Positions 9,633 through 20,114 of a stretch of 64,000 bases of DNA are shown here, piece after piece. Below the pieces are notes generated by a model, which saw only the letters and a list, made by a program, of their open reading frames with translations, did not search any database and was not told where the DNA came from. Location of the stretch: positions 4,785-68,784 of IMG/VR virus record IMGVR_UViG_3300013014_001014; one strand, written 5' to 3'. Position numbers and translations under genes: made by a program. The stretch's first letter is position 1; each line of letters begins with the position of its first letter. The stretch comes from a virus.

Positions 9633-10422
9633 AGTTTTGCTTTATTAAGTCCCATGTTTGTTTCATTAGTTGGGTACGAGTGACCCCTCTATCGGAAAAT
9701 CCGGAAAATATCCAAACGTTTAAATATTTGATAAAGAATGGTGTTTTATCATTTGTATAAGAATTGCCAGTTAATAAGTTACGTCTCCACAAATGATTTA
9801 CGCCGTGAGATATAGGAAACACTTTTGTATCTATTTTATTTATTTGTATAAAGTAGTTTAGGACTGGTTGATCTCGACCACGTTTTACCAATTTGTCTTC
9901 GTGATTTAATATAGATTCATGGTTATCAAAGTAGAACTTTTTCAAATCATCAAACATCGGTTTATGATTTTTATTAAATAAAACGAAGCCAGCTAGAAAA
10001 TGTTTGGTATAATCAAATTCAAATCCGTTAAAAAGATCTTTATATCCGTTTATACTTTCGTGTACCCACTTCATATTTTCATTTCCCAATATTCCACATA
10101 ACTTACATTCGGATTCATTGAAGAAATTAGGAGCGTCCCATTTTACCATGATGGAAGCATCAACTGCTAATATTTGATCAAAATCTCCTACTTTGTTTTT
10201 TACAAAATCAAAAATATCTAACCAACGTTGCCAATTGATTTTGTATTTGAGTTGATCGTCATAGGTAGTAACGTCATAGTGTACAAATATAACATCGTTT
10301 TTCTTACACCAATATTCCCAAGATTTTTTACTGTAGTCCATCCAAGAAAAATCGTCATAACGATACTTTTCTTTTACGACATCACTACCTTTTACTCCAC
10401 ACCAAAACAATACGTTTTTCAT
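9625..10422 (-). CDS. GT-A glycosyltransferase (GT8-like); likely start MKNVLF
   Basis: SWEYWCKKN, VDAS, DQPVLNY; paralog of 5445. Confidence 0.7.
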   Translation of the reverse strand: MKNVLFWCGVKGSDVVKEKYRYDDFSWMDYSKKSWEYWCKKNDVIFVHYDVTTYDDQLKYKINWQRWLDIFDFVKNKVGDFDQILAVDASIMVKWDAPNFFNESECKLCGILGNENMKWVHESINGYKDLFNGFEFDYTKHFLAGFVLFNKNHKPMFDDLKKFYFDNHESILNHEDKLVKRGRDQPVLNYFIQINKIDTKVFPISHGVNHLWRRNLLTGNSYTNDKTPFFIKYLNVWIFSGFSDRGVTRTQLMKQTWDLIKQNYE

Positions 10423-11981
10423 TTTATAAAATGCTCTTTCCAATAGTTATAGGTTTTATAATCACTTGGGGTGCCCCAACAAATATAATGTTCTACTTCA
10501 AATACTTTTACATTTAATCCGCGTTTGATATTTTGATTAATAACATCATCGACATAAAATTCACCATTAGTTCTTATATTAGAATCATAGTTCTCTTTTA
10601 ATCCGTCGATAAAATACTTGGCTTTTCTAAAAAACATTGTACCAATGATAGCATGGGTTTGTAAAGGATTATCGTAGATAAACTTTTTACACGAAACGTG
10701 CTTGATGTTATTGTTTTCATCGACATCCAACCAAGAATACATATTAGGATTAACTTTACTCGTTTGATTGTTTCTAAATGACCACACAATTACATCAACT
10801 GTTGGATCATCGATTAATCGCTGATATTCATTTGAATCGTAATATACACCATTGTCACACGCTGAAATTAAAATTGGGTTTTCTAATTCAATATTGAAGT
10901 GATTAATAGCTAATTCACATGTGCATGCTTGTCCTTCGGTAGTTTTATCTATTGATAAAACAGATGTGTTTTTATAATGTTGTTTAAGTGTAGTGTCTAA
11001 TTTAAACTCATCCACGTGTTCTTTTAAACACACAAACGTATTATTGTCACAACTTGGTAGGCAATCAACTGCTTGCACAACCATTGGTAACCCATCTACG
11101 TCTACAAGAGGCTTTGGTAATTTAAAACCTTCCATTGAAAACCTACTTCCTCTACCAGCCATCGGAAGTACTAGGGTAGTATTTGGTTGGTTAATAATTT
11201 CTAATTTATTGGTTTTAAGTTTTTTAAAATAAGATGACCATGATTTATATATCTCCAAATCGTATGGAGTTCCCCATTGCAACATTTTATCGATTTCAAA
11301 TATATTTGTACGCAATCCATCTTTAACCAGTAGATTATATACTAAACTTATATAAAACTCACCTTTTAGATCATTTCCAGATTCCAACAATTGTTTAAAG
11401 TATTTTTTTACCAAGTTACCACTTTTAAAGTAATATGTTCCATTTGAAGCATATTCATTCATTTTATTGTTGGTAAACGGCTCTTTTTCTTTAATTTGAA
11501 TCAATACTTTATTCTCTTCTTTACAGAAAGCATAGTTATCGCTTCCTAACATATGTGGATGGAATCCTGTGTAACACGGAATTGAACCGTCAAAATTGCC
11601 GATGTGAATTTCTTCTAAGAATTTATCAAAATTCCATACTGTACCATAATCACAATAGGTTATTATTGTTTCTTTGGAGTCGTCGATATGATCAAAGATC
11701 TGTGATACTGTGTAAACAGGACCTTTTTTGTGATTAGGAATAGAGTAGATTTTACAATTTGGCACAATTGATTCTAATACGGATCTCATATTAGTTTCTC
11801 TTAGATGTGGTTCATTACAAATGAATGTTATATCAGTAACTCCTGGGAATAGATCAACTACGTGTTTAATAATAGGATGTCCATCTACTTCAATTAGTGG
11901 TTTTGGGTCTTTGTATCCAGCCTCAATGAATCGTTTGCCAATTCCTGACATTGGGATGATAAGTTGAATATTGTCTTTCAT
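10419..11981 (-). CDS. tandem two-domain sugar nucleotidyltransferase
   Basis: IPMSGIGKRF..PKPLI and LPMAGRGSRF..PKPLV; each half has GEFY and WGTP. Confidence 0.85.
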   Translation of the reverse strand: MKDNIQLIIPMSGIGKRFIEAGYKDPKPLIEVDGHPIIKHVVDLFPGVTDITFICNEPHLRETNMRSVLESIVPNCKIYSIPNHKKGPVYTVSQIFDHIDDSKETIITYCDYGTVWNFDKFLEEIHIGNFDGSIPCYTGFHPHMLGSDNYAFCKEENKVLIQIKEKEPFTNNKMNEYASNGTYYFKSGNLVKKYFKQLLESGNDLKGEFYISLVYNLLVKDGLRTNIFEIDKMLQWGTPYDLEIYKSWSSYFKKLKTNKLEIINQPNTTLVLPMAGRGSRFSMEGFKLPKPLVDVDGLPMVVQAVDCLPSCDNNTFVCLKEHVDEFKLDTTLKQHYKNTSVLSIDKTTEGQACTCELAINHFNIELENPILISACDNGVYYDSNEYQRLIDDPTVDVIVWSFRNNQTSKVNPNMYSWLDVDENNNIKHVSCKKFIYDNPLQTHAIIGTMFFRKAKYFIDGLKENYDSNIRTNGEFYVDDVINQNIKRGLNVKVFEVEHYICWGTPSDYKTYNYWKEHFIK

Positions 11982-11982
11982 T

Positions 11983-12459
11983 TTAATATAAACCTTTATT
12001 CTTAAGAGAAAATTTACACAAATCTACATAATCGGTACATACAGCGTAGACAATCTTATCATTAAACTTTAATACTGATTCCTCGTCTAAAAGAGGAATG
12101 ATACAGTTTTCATCTAATTTAAGACTCAAATCGTGTACCCAAAAATGATTTGTGCTTGTTATAATATATGAGTCCTGCGAATGACAAAAATACTTTATAT
12201 CACGATTTAATTTTTTTAATTCAATAGCTGCGTCTAAGTTTTTACAATGATACCAAATATCGTTTATTCTATTTAATATCCAGTGTTTATTGATTTTATA
12301 ATCGGGAGTATCGTGTCCGAGCCAAAACTCTCCGTTTATATATCGTATATCTACTTCAACTTCATATCCACTTCCTATAGCTGAATCAATATAAGATGGC
12401 CTATTTTCTTTATTTGGCACAACTCCTTTTAAATTTCCACGGTGAGATATAATTATCAT
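11983..12459 (-). CDS. PLC-like/GDPD-fold phosphodiesterase
   Basis: IISHRGN, EVDI, LGHD, WYHCKN. Confidence 0.7.
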   Translation of the reverse strand: MIIISHRGNLKGVVPNKENRPSYIDSAIGSGYEVEVDIRYINGEFWLGHDTPDYKINKHWILNRINDIWYHCKNLDAAIELKKLNRDIKYFCHSQDSYIITSTNHFWVHDLSLKLDENCIIPLLDEESVLKFNDKIVYAVCTDYVDLCKFSLKNKGLY

Positions 12460-12755
12460 AAATTTTCGATTGGTATAGTTTTGTCATCAATAAACAAATC
12501 GTAATATGGTTTATCTACTCTTACTTCGTTATATTTAGCTCCCCATGTATCTAATTGATGCTTTGTAAGCGTATACCAATTGATTTGTTTTCTACTACCT
12601 CTGGCAGTCCAATAGACAATTGTATTACCTTCGTCGTACAATTTGTTTATTTTTTCTATATTTTCTTTTATTGGATTAGAATTTGCATAATTTCTATCTT
12701 CCGATGTTTTACAAATGGTTTCGTCAATGTCAACGTAAATTATTTTTTTGCCCAT
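12456..12755 (-). CDS. minimal HAD-family phosphatase (capsule-biosynthesis type)
   Basis: YVDIDETIC, WTARG, KP, FIDDK. Confidence 0.8.
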   Translation of the reverse strand: MGKKIIYVDIDETICKTSEDRNYANSNPIKENIEKINKLYDEGNTIVYWTARGSRKQINWYTLTKHQLDTWGAKYNEVRVDKPYYDLFIDDKTIPIENL

Positions 12756-13423
12756 AAATTGTTTCTATAAATTTCATTAGTATCTGTTTTCACCTGTACA
12801 ACTTTATCTTCGGAAATAAACGTACATTGTCCGAGAGATTTGGATCCAATAAATATCTCTGCTGATTTTTCACACATTTCTGTAGCAATTAAGCATTCTC
12901 TAGTTGAAGATCCTACGCAGATTATACCATGATTTACTAATAAGATCAACTTTGGTAAATATTTATTATCTTCTATAAATTTATTAACAGATACTTCTAC
13001 GTTTTTACATAATTCTTCACCAGGATGTGCATAGTGTACTACACAAGATTTTTCTCCATTAAAAACAACTTGATCTGGAAACATCCGTTTATTTGCAAAT
13101 TCCTCTATTAATAGCTGACTGCTACATAGTATTTTAAGTGTATTTATAGGATGTGTGTGTGCTATAAAGTTAACTTTTGGTTTTTGTAAAAGAAACGAGT
13201 GAAATCCAGTTTCTATGCTTGGTTTTTTGTTAAAGTTATTTAACTGATTTCCGTTAAAATCACATTTAACTAAATCATCATAGGATAAATGATTCAATGT
13301 GGTACCACTTGCTTTTATTAGAAACCCACCTTCAATTTTTTCAGAAACGTTTCCCTCTGCGCCAACAACATAATTTTTAAGACACGATCCAAGTGTTAAT
13401 AAATCGTCATTTGAATTTTGCAT
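12740..13423 (-). CDS. class II aldolase/adducin family protein
   Basis: AEGNVS, KPSIE, HTHP, NHG metal motifs. Confidence 0.85.
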   Translation of the reverse strand: MQNSNDDLLTLGSCLKNYVVGAEGNVSEKIEGGFLIKASGTTLNHLSYDDLVKCDFNGNQLNNFNKKPSIETGFHSFLLQKPKVNFIAHTHPINTLKILCSSQLLIEEFANKRMFPDQVVFNGEKSCVVHYAHPGEELCKNVEVSVNKFIEDNKYLPKLILLVNHGIICVGSSTRECLIATEMCEKSAEIFIGSKSLGQCTFISEDKVVQVKTDTNEIYRNNLWAKK

Positions 13424-13444
13424 AACAAGTTTGGAATATTTTAA

Positions 13445-14248
13445 TCAGACAACAATAGTCCAATTGTCTAACGACATGGGTTCTAATTTCAACTCATGTT
13501 TGTAATAAGTATCTTTGAGCAAACCGCCCCATCTTTCTTTTCGCACAAATGGGTAAATATATATTTTTATATTTTTAAATATTCCATATCGTGCGTCTAA
13601 TATATAACAAAAAGATGCCCATACAGAATCTACAAAATGCATTTCATTAGCATGTTCTAAAATTTTTATCATATTAAACATATCCAAAGCATTTCCGTTT
13701 AAATCTATATACTGTGTGGATTCATGTTTTTTGAAATTTATAGCTGAATCTCCTAAGTGGTTATCATGGTATAATACATAATTAGATCCGTGCTCTGCAA
13801 TAAACTTTTCGTAAAATATATTCTCTTTATTAAAATCACGTTCTATGTTAAAAAAGTTAATTTTATTAATATAATCTATACCATAACAAATATAATATTT
13901 TTTATTAAAATGAATGCTAGGCGACGAAGATATAAAAGCGTTTTTATATTGATCGTTTCTATTTGCATCCAACTTACCATGCAATAAATAATCGTAAATG
14001 TTTGCGTCGAATTTATTGTAAAAATCTTTTGATACTTTGGTTGTCGCTAACGGATCGTAAATTTTAGTTATGTTATTTTTATTTTTTAAATAAAATTCAA
14101 AAATTGGTTTTGCTTCGGGTCTTAGTATTACTGTTATATGATCGTATTTTGATAAATAATAATCGATCATGGATAAGTGATTTACTAAATCCGTCCACGA
14201 TTGGTAAAAAAATAAAAGACCTTGTTTCATCAAAATATATATTACCAA
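13445..14248 (-). CDS. hypothetical glycan-related protein
   Basis: ILEHANEMHFVDS resembles the 15012 ORF (LLEGAEEIHFIEN). Confidence 0.55.
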   Translation of the reverse strand: MVIYILMKQGLLFFYQSWTDLVNHLSMIDYYLSKYDHITVILRPEAKPIFEFYLKNKNNITKIYDPLATTKVSKDFYNKFDANIYDYLLHGKLDANRNDQYKNAFISSSPSIHFNKKYYICYGIDYINKINFFNIERDFNKENIFYEKFIAEHGSNYVLYHDNHLGDSAINFKKHESTQYIDLNGNALDMFNMIKILEHANEMHFVDSVWASFCYILDARYGIFKNIKIYIYPFVRKERWGGLLKDTYYKHELKLEPMSLDNWTIVV

Positions 14249-15009
14249 AGCACTCCGTCATAAAACTTTTTGTTTGTATTATTTAAAGTCAATAGCTCTA
14301 TTATTTTATTATATTCTGGTATAAGATTTGCGTCTAATTGATTGTTTGATCGCGGTAATAGTTTTCCTTTGTGAGTAATATGAATAAATTGAAAAAAAGA
14401 CAAACAACTAAACCATCCACATTTTATAGGATTGTCAGTGTAAAGTTTATAAATTTTATATTTGAGACAGTGTTTCATCACAGTTTTGTTTTCAATCGTT
14501 CTATATGTCTCATTTTTAAAATTCTCCATTATTTCCAATAATACACTCAATTTCCAGATAGAAGGGTTTACATTGTATATGTAATTGTTTATATTTCTCT
14601 GCGCTCGTAATTCAACCTTTAAATCATTAAATTCAATTGATAATCTGTCTTTATTATATAGATCCCAACTATGTCTACATTGTAAGTCTATCCTATCGAT
14701 TGAATGTTCGGCCATATAGTTTTTTACATGACTGATATATGAGTCGTCTTTTTTAACAACTATGTCGATATCATGGATAAAAAGAATATATTCGTTTTTT
14801 AAACATTTCAATGATAGAACTCTGCTTGCATAAGGCAGCGAATCGTCATAAAAAATAACTTGATTATATTTACAATATAAATGATCTAAATTTTTGTCAG
14901 ATTTGTTTATCAGTAAAATTTTATCCGCGTACTCTAACGCTTGTGTCTGGACAGAAAGTATATCTAAATAATCTGTGTGTGAATAAACCACATATGTTAA
15001 CTCATTCAT
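14242..15009 (-). CDS. hypothetical GT-A-like protein
   Basis: YILFIHDID, YNVNPSIW. Confidence 0.5.
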   Translation of the reverse strand: MNELTYVVYSHTDYLDILSVQTQALEYADKILLINKSDKNLDHLYCKYNQVIFYDDSLPYASRVLSLKCLKNEYILFIHDIDIVVKKDDSYISHVKNYMAEHSIDRIDLQCRHSWDLYNKDRLSIEFNDLKVELRAQRNINNYIYNVNPSIWKLSVLLEIMENFKNETYRTIENKTVMKHCLKYKIYKLYTDNPIKCGWFSCLSFFQFIHITHKGKLLPRSNNQLDANLIPEYNKIIELLTLNNTNKKFYDGVLW

Positions 15010-15011
15010 AA

Positions 15012-15938
15012 TTAAAAATATTTTTTAAGATCGGATTCTTCAATTATAAATTTCCAATTTTCTAATATTGGATCTGCCATCATTTTCCACGCGGAATCAA
15101 AATTAACATTCTTTGCCCATTTCCAATCTCTATTGCGCAACCAAACGTGGAAATATATGTTTTTGTTATAATTAAATATATTTTTATACTGAGCGTGATA
15201 AAAAAAGTTAACGTTGTTATTTTCTATAAAATGAATTTCCTCTGCTCCCTCCAGTAAATGAATTAATAATCCAACGCATGGGGATTGATCGCTTATGTTT
15301 ATAATTGGATATTTATTTTTTATAAAATTTTTGATTTTATTATTGGATGTATATTTCCAAGCTGTTATTGGATCGTTTATTATGTTATATTTTGAATCTT
15401 CCGGTATATTGAATTTTTCAAATAATTGTTTTTTTAATAATTTTTCTTTTTCTATATTTCTACTGTAGTGAAAATAATCCATTCTAACTTTATTATTTAA
15501 TCCTAACAATTTATAATATATAACGTGATTTATATCCACATTTTCATTTGGAAATACAGAGTTGGGTTTAGTTGTTAAAGATTCATGTATATCAAAATGA
15601 TTATATAACGGGTTTCTATAGTCAAAATAGTGAGTGATTTTTGGATTAGATATATATCTGTTTGGCATCAGTCTTGTGTCACAAACATTATATTCACCTA
15701 TTTGACCTTCGTTAATATAACCCAATGATTTTTTTGTAGTATTAATAAAAATTCTTACGTTGTATAAAGGATCATTGGAGAAATATTCCGAATAATATCT
15801 GAGAAAGTTGCCTTCGTCTATATTAAAATAGACAGACTCATAATAATTAAGTAGGTAGTAAAGTAAACTTATTACTGATAGACAGTCTCCATATGCATAA
15901 GCTGGAGGTATTAATATTATTTTTTTATACATATACAC
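15012..15938 (-). CDS. hypothetical glycan-related protein
   Basis: N-terminal YGD motif; similar to the 13445 ORF. Confidence 0.5.
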   Translation of the reverse strand: MYMYKKIILIPPAYAYGDCLSVISLLYYLLNYYESVYFNIDEGNFLRYYSEYFSNDPLYNVRIFINTTKKSLGYINEGQIGEYNVCDTRLMPNRYISNPKITHYFDYRNPLYNHFDIHESLTTKPNSVFPNENVDINHVIYYKLLGLNNKVRMDYFHYSRNIEKEKLLKKQLFEKFNIPEDSKYNIINDPITAWKYTSNNKIKNFIKNKYPIINISDQSPCVGLLIHLLEGAEEIHFIENNNVNFFYHAQYKNIFNYNKNIYFHVWLRNRDWKWAKNVNFDSAWKMMADPILENWKFIIEESDLKKYF

Positions 15939-15939
15939 G

Positions 15940-16572
15940 TTAGTGATTTATATATTTAAAAATTGAAATAATATAAAACGATGGATCTAGAATCATTTTA
16001 TTTACTAATTCAAATTTAATATTATATTTCTCTTGTATATCACGATGGGCTTTACTTTGTCCATTTTCATATTCACTTTTGTTATTCATCAAAAATGAAC
16101 CCCAATCGTCATATATTATGATCGATCCATTACACAATAAATTGTTTTTTAAAACAAATTCCCAAACCTCTAATGTGGATGTGTATATATCACAGTCCAT
16201 ATGTAAAATTCCTATTTTTTTATTATCGAATTTTGTTACTAAAGAATCAGTCAGTGTCTCAGAAAACCATCCATCGATGATATGTGCGTCCTTTTTGTTA
16301 AGAAGTTCAGGATTAATATTTCCATTACATGAAAATTTTCCAGTCTTCCAAGGTGAATGTAAATCATTTTTTTCGACAGGCAACCCAACGAATGAATCAA
16401 AACCAAAAAAATTTCTATCAAGATTGTAGTTTTTATACAAATTATAAAACTCTAGAAAAGATTCCCCTTTATGTACGCCGAATTCTAAAAATAATTTATC
16501 TCGTAAAAAGTCTGAGTTTTTGGATACTAGTTCGTTTCTCAGTGACGTTTTGATTCTATTGTAAACATTCAT
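15940..16572 (-). CDS. TylF/MycF-type sugar O-methyltransferase
   Basis: LEFGVHKGES, GFDSFVGLP, GWFSETL, HMDCDIYTST, YDDW. Confidence 0.85.
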   Translation of the reverse strand: MNVYNRIKTSLRNELVSKNSDFLRDKLFLEFGVHKGESFLEFYNLYKNYNLDRNFFGFDSFVGLPVEKNDLHSPWKTGKFSCNGNINPELLNKKDAHIIDGWFSETLTDSLVTKFDNKKIGILHMDCDIYTSTLEVWEFVLKNNLLCNGSIIIYDDWGSFLMNNKSEYENGQSKAHRDIQEKYNIKFELVNKMILDPSFYIISIFKYINH

Positions 16573-16573
16573 A

Positions 16574-18001
16574 TTAACATTGTGATTTTAAATTAAGTAT
16601 TATGTAAAATATATAATTGTAATATTTTACATAATTTTCTTCGGGGATTCCAAAATTCCATCGTTCACAGTATACGTATCTATTGAATGATATAATCTTA
16701 AATTTTTCATTTGTTTTAAATTCATAAGGAATGTTGTATTTTGAAAAAGATGAAAGTATATTTTCAACTGAGTGTTTTTTGTTAATTAGAATATTAAGAC
16801 CCAATGACATATCTTCTTTTTCAAAAAAGTTTACAACTATGTCTGAATTATCTTTTTGCGGAGCTACATACTTTTTATAGTCGTTTTTCCTATCGGATAT
16901 TTGTTTAATTACTTTTTCTTCGGTATATCCTCTTATTTTTACATCTCGTTCTAATTTCCATTTTATTTTGAGAGATTCATCTGGGTCCATATATATTGAG
17001 AAGTTATATATGTGACCGGCATTTCCATATAAACTGTGTAATCCACATACTATAATATTATCTGCGTTTTCTATTTTTTCCGGCTGTTTAAATTTGCCTG
17101 TGTTATGATCATAATCTACTTGAAATATAGAATTGCCTATCTTTAGATTAAAAACGTCTTCTTGCATTTTAGATACAAAATTTGCATCAGGATTCAAATG
17201 TGTATATGTTTTCCAGTTTTCACTGTGTCTTTCCCATTTATGGTATCTGTCACATTCCAACAAAATTGAATTTGAAAAGTATTTTTTAAGTAAATTTCCA
17301 AGTGTAGATTTTCCAGAACCAGAATCTCCACATATAGCAAACACATTGCACATAGATAATATTACTTCGTATTCTACGTTATCTTCTACGTAATCCAATT
17401 TACTTTTATTCAAATAGTAAAATAATACTGTTTCGGAAACAAAACCATGCAGCTTTATCAAATCGTTTAAATTTTTATATAAATCGAAGTATTTGTCCAT
17501 TAATTCGGATGACCCATAGGCTATTATATCACACAAATAAGGATCATTCACACTGTGTAGTTTGGTTTTATCTAAAACTGCATTTTTTGGTATGTGAATT
17601 TTGTCTAAAACGGAATCAAAATTTATGAATTGAAGATTTACATCTGGTCTTATTTTGATCACAATGTCATATTTTCCGTGTAATTCTTCATTTAATTTTT
17701 TAATAGAATTGAGTTTATAAAATTTAAACCATGTATTATACAAGCAATTTTCTTTTGAATTGTTCGAAAATATTAAATTATTTTCTTCTAATATAACTTT
17801 TGGCGACAATTCGGATTCTATGGATTTTATAATATCAGGCAAATCATTGGGATTTAGATACTTATCTTCCAAAGATTCATTTTTTGTTATGTGGATATAA
17901 ACGTCTGTTGATTTGAAATTATCAATAATAAACTTTTTAATATTAGGTAGATTCAACTTAATAGTTCGTAGATATCCAGATATTAATAAAGCGGCTTTCA
18001 T
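16574..18001 (-). CDS. fusion: glycan-associated SGxxR/RxD domain + phosphoribulokinase/uridine kinase-like domain; likely start MKAALL
   Basis: N-terminal ISGYLR, YDIVIKIRPD; C-terminal GDSGSGKST, CDRYH, LNPDANF, YDHNTGKF, CGLH. Confidence 0.8.
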   Translation of the reverse strand: MKAALLISGYLRTIKLNLPNIKKFIIDNFKSTDVYIHITKNESLEDKYLNPNDLPDIIKSIESELSPKVILEENNLIFSNNSKENCLYNTWFKFYKLNSIKKLNEELHGKYDIVIKIRPDVNLQFINFDSVLDKIHIPKNAVLDKTKLHSVNDPYLCDIIAYGSSELMDKYFDLYKNLNDLIKLHGFVSETVLFYYLNKSKLDYVEDNVEYEVILSMCNVFAICGDSGSGKSTLGNLLKKYFSNSILLECDRYHKWERHSENWKTYTHLNPDANFVSKMQEDVFNLKIGNSIFQVDYDHNTGKFKQPEKIENADNIIVCGLHSLYGNAGHIYNFSIYMDPDESLKIKWKLERDVKIRGYTEEKVIKQISDRKNDYKKYVAPQKDNSDIVVNFFEKEDMSLGLNILINKKHSVENILSSFSKYNIPYEFKTNEKFKIISFNRYVYCERWNFGIPEENYVKYYNYIFYIILNLKSQC

Positions 18002-19227
18002 TATATTATATTTTTTAATGTTTCTAAATTTAGACCCCAACTACAATTTAATCCATTATCTAATTTTTTACATTTTTCTTTTTTCAATAATATGGTTTTG
18101 TATGTTATACTTGCATTCCATCCTGTTATTTTTTCATCGGAGTATTTAACTAATACTTCGTCATTCAAAACTTCTTCTATTTCTCCAACCACATTTTCTG
18201 ATTGTACTCGCATAAATTGTTTAAACTCATTTGATTCCGTGTGTTTTGTGTCCAGAAAGTAATAAGTATTTACTTTGTTCAAGCTGTAAATAAATCTATA
18301 ATTTACATCCAGAAATGTGGGGGATACTAATGTTATCAATTTACACAATGGTGTGCTAAACAATACATTAACAATTCCACCTCCAATTGCGCCTACAATT
18401 GATTCCGCATTATTAAACAACAATATTTTATCGACAGTGGATAATTTTTCTGTGAATACTTCTTCATATCCTTGTGATTTTAACAAATCAACCAGTTCAT
18501 TTTCATTTTCACACTTTCTTCTGGTCGTATAATTTGTACCTATATTTGAAAAGTCGTTATGAATCCACGTTCTTCTTGATATGTAAAATTTCTTTGGAAA
18601 TTGTTTTTCGATCTTTAACTCTTTTACATTTTCTACAATTTCTTTATATAAATCGTATATTTCTTCTCTAGGTTGTTGGTTGGGATCCGATCCATATGTA
18701 TAAGTCGATGATATATAAACATGAGAATACATGGTATATTTATTTAATATAACCACATCCGATTCATCTATTTTTAATATTTCGAGAAATTCAGTTACAA
18801 ATTTATAAAATTTATCACCGTGGGAATAATACATCAAAAGTTTGAGATTTTTAGTAACGTTTTTGAGTTTTTTATAGGAAATCAAATATGGCAATGTATC
18901 ATATATAAAATGATAATAATTATCTGTATTATAAATGAAGTAAAAAACAGGATCATTATAAGTTTTAGATGTATTTTCTAATTCGTGAACAATCTTATAT
19001 GTACTATCTACATTTCGTAAAGACATTGTTGATTCTTCAAGTGGTTGATAAAATGTATTATCTAAATTTGAATATAATACTAAATTTGGATAACATAGAG
19101 ATGCTCCTGTAAAAACAACGTCGTTTAAAACATGAATATTAATTTCATTAAACTTATCAGATTTAGGAAATATTTCGAATTTGTGATTGCCATTATCTGA
19201 AGTATTAAGATTTTTTATAGGTTTCAT
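18001..19227 (-). CDS. GT61/DUF563-like glycosyltransferase
   Basis: NYYHFIYD, YISRR, NENEL, IVGAIGGG. Confidence 0.75.
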   Translation of the reverse strand: MKPIKNLNTSDNGNHKFEIFPKSDKFNEINIHVLNDVVFTGASLCYPNLVLYSNLDNTFYQPLEESTMSLRNVDSTYKIVHELENTSKTYNDPVFYFIYNTDNYYHFIYDTLPYLISYKKLKNVTKNLKLLMYYSHGDKFYKFVTEFLEILKIDESDVVILNKYTMYSHVYISSTYTYGSDPNQQPREEIYDLYKEIVENVKELKIEKQFPKKFYISRRTWIHNDFSNIGTNYTTRRKCENENELVDLLKSQGYEEVFTEKLSTVDKILLFNNAESIVGAIGGGIVNVLFSTPLCKLITLVSPTFLDVNYRFIYSLNKVNTYYFLDTKHTESNEFKQFMRVQSENVVGEIEEVLNDEVLVKYSDEKITGWNASITYKTILLKKEKCKKLDNGLNCSWGLNLETLKNII

Positions 19228-20114
19228 AGTATTTTGTTAAATATGTATTCCACTCTACTTTCGGATGTATGATGTTTTATTATGTTTTGATAAGAAGTTT
19301 CTATAATATCATACAATTTATTTTTGTTATTTAGATAGTAAACAAGCTTGTCTTTTAATTCGTCTGTTGAATCCCATGAAACATAATGTACTCCGTCTTC
19401 TAAATTGGGTAATATGATATTGTATTTTTGAGCAAACAAGCAAGATTTATTTGCCATTATTTGCCACATTCTGGCATTACACTCTCCCCCACCAAATGCA
19501 TCGACACTGATTAATGATTTTTTAATCGTGACAAAGTAATCACTAACATTTTCCGTTTTTATATTAAAATTAAGAGATTTAAGTTGATTGCATACTTCTA
19601 CAGATTGTTTTCTTAGACCTGTTTCTAATTGACCATATGAACAAAATACGTCTATTTCTTTATTGTAAAAATTATTATTAAAATATGAATCTAATGTTGC
19701 AAATGGAAGTGGTATTATTCCTTGATCAACATGTTCTTTCAAACATTCTCTTTTAAAGTAATATCTTGATTTTGATTTAAAAGTTGGATCTAGTTGTTCA
19801 TTTGTTTTTCCACGAAATCCTGTGTAGTTATACTCACTACCATCAATATAAATCGTTTTATTCCAGCCATTTACTTTATCAATCAAATAAAACTTTGGTT
19901 CTTGAATTCCATTAAATTTAGATTTGCCCCAAATTGCAAATATATAATCGCAGTTTTTTGAGTTATAAATAAATGTATCATCGCTTATTATATTATCTGC
20001 GCCGTTACCTTCATCTGTATAATAAATTTCATGTTTTGTTTTCTTTAATCCCTCTATTATAGATGTCGCTAAATAATCTTCTTTTTTACACGGATTTATT
20101 ACTAATATTTTCAT
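19224..20114 (-). CDS. GT-B glycosyltransferase (CgeB-like C-terminus)
   Basis: YFKRE, GGGECNARMWQI, HT..SRVEY. Confidence 0.65.
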   Translation of the reverse strand: MKILVINPCKKEDYLATSIIEGLKKTKHEIYYTDEGNGADNIISDDTFIYNSKNCDYIFAIWGKSKFNGIQEPKFYLIDKVNGWNKTIYIDGSEYNYTGFRGKTNEQLDPTFKSKSRYYFKRECLKEHVDQGIIPLPFATLDSYFNNNFYNKEIDVFCSYGQLETGLRKQSVEVCNQLKSLNFNIKTENVSDYFVTIKKSLISVDAFGGGECNARMWQIMANKSCLFAQKYNIILPNLEDGVHYVSWDSTDELKDKLVYYLNNKNKLYDIIETSYQNIIKHHTSESRVEYIFNKIL

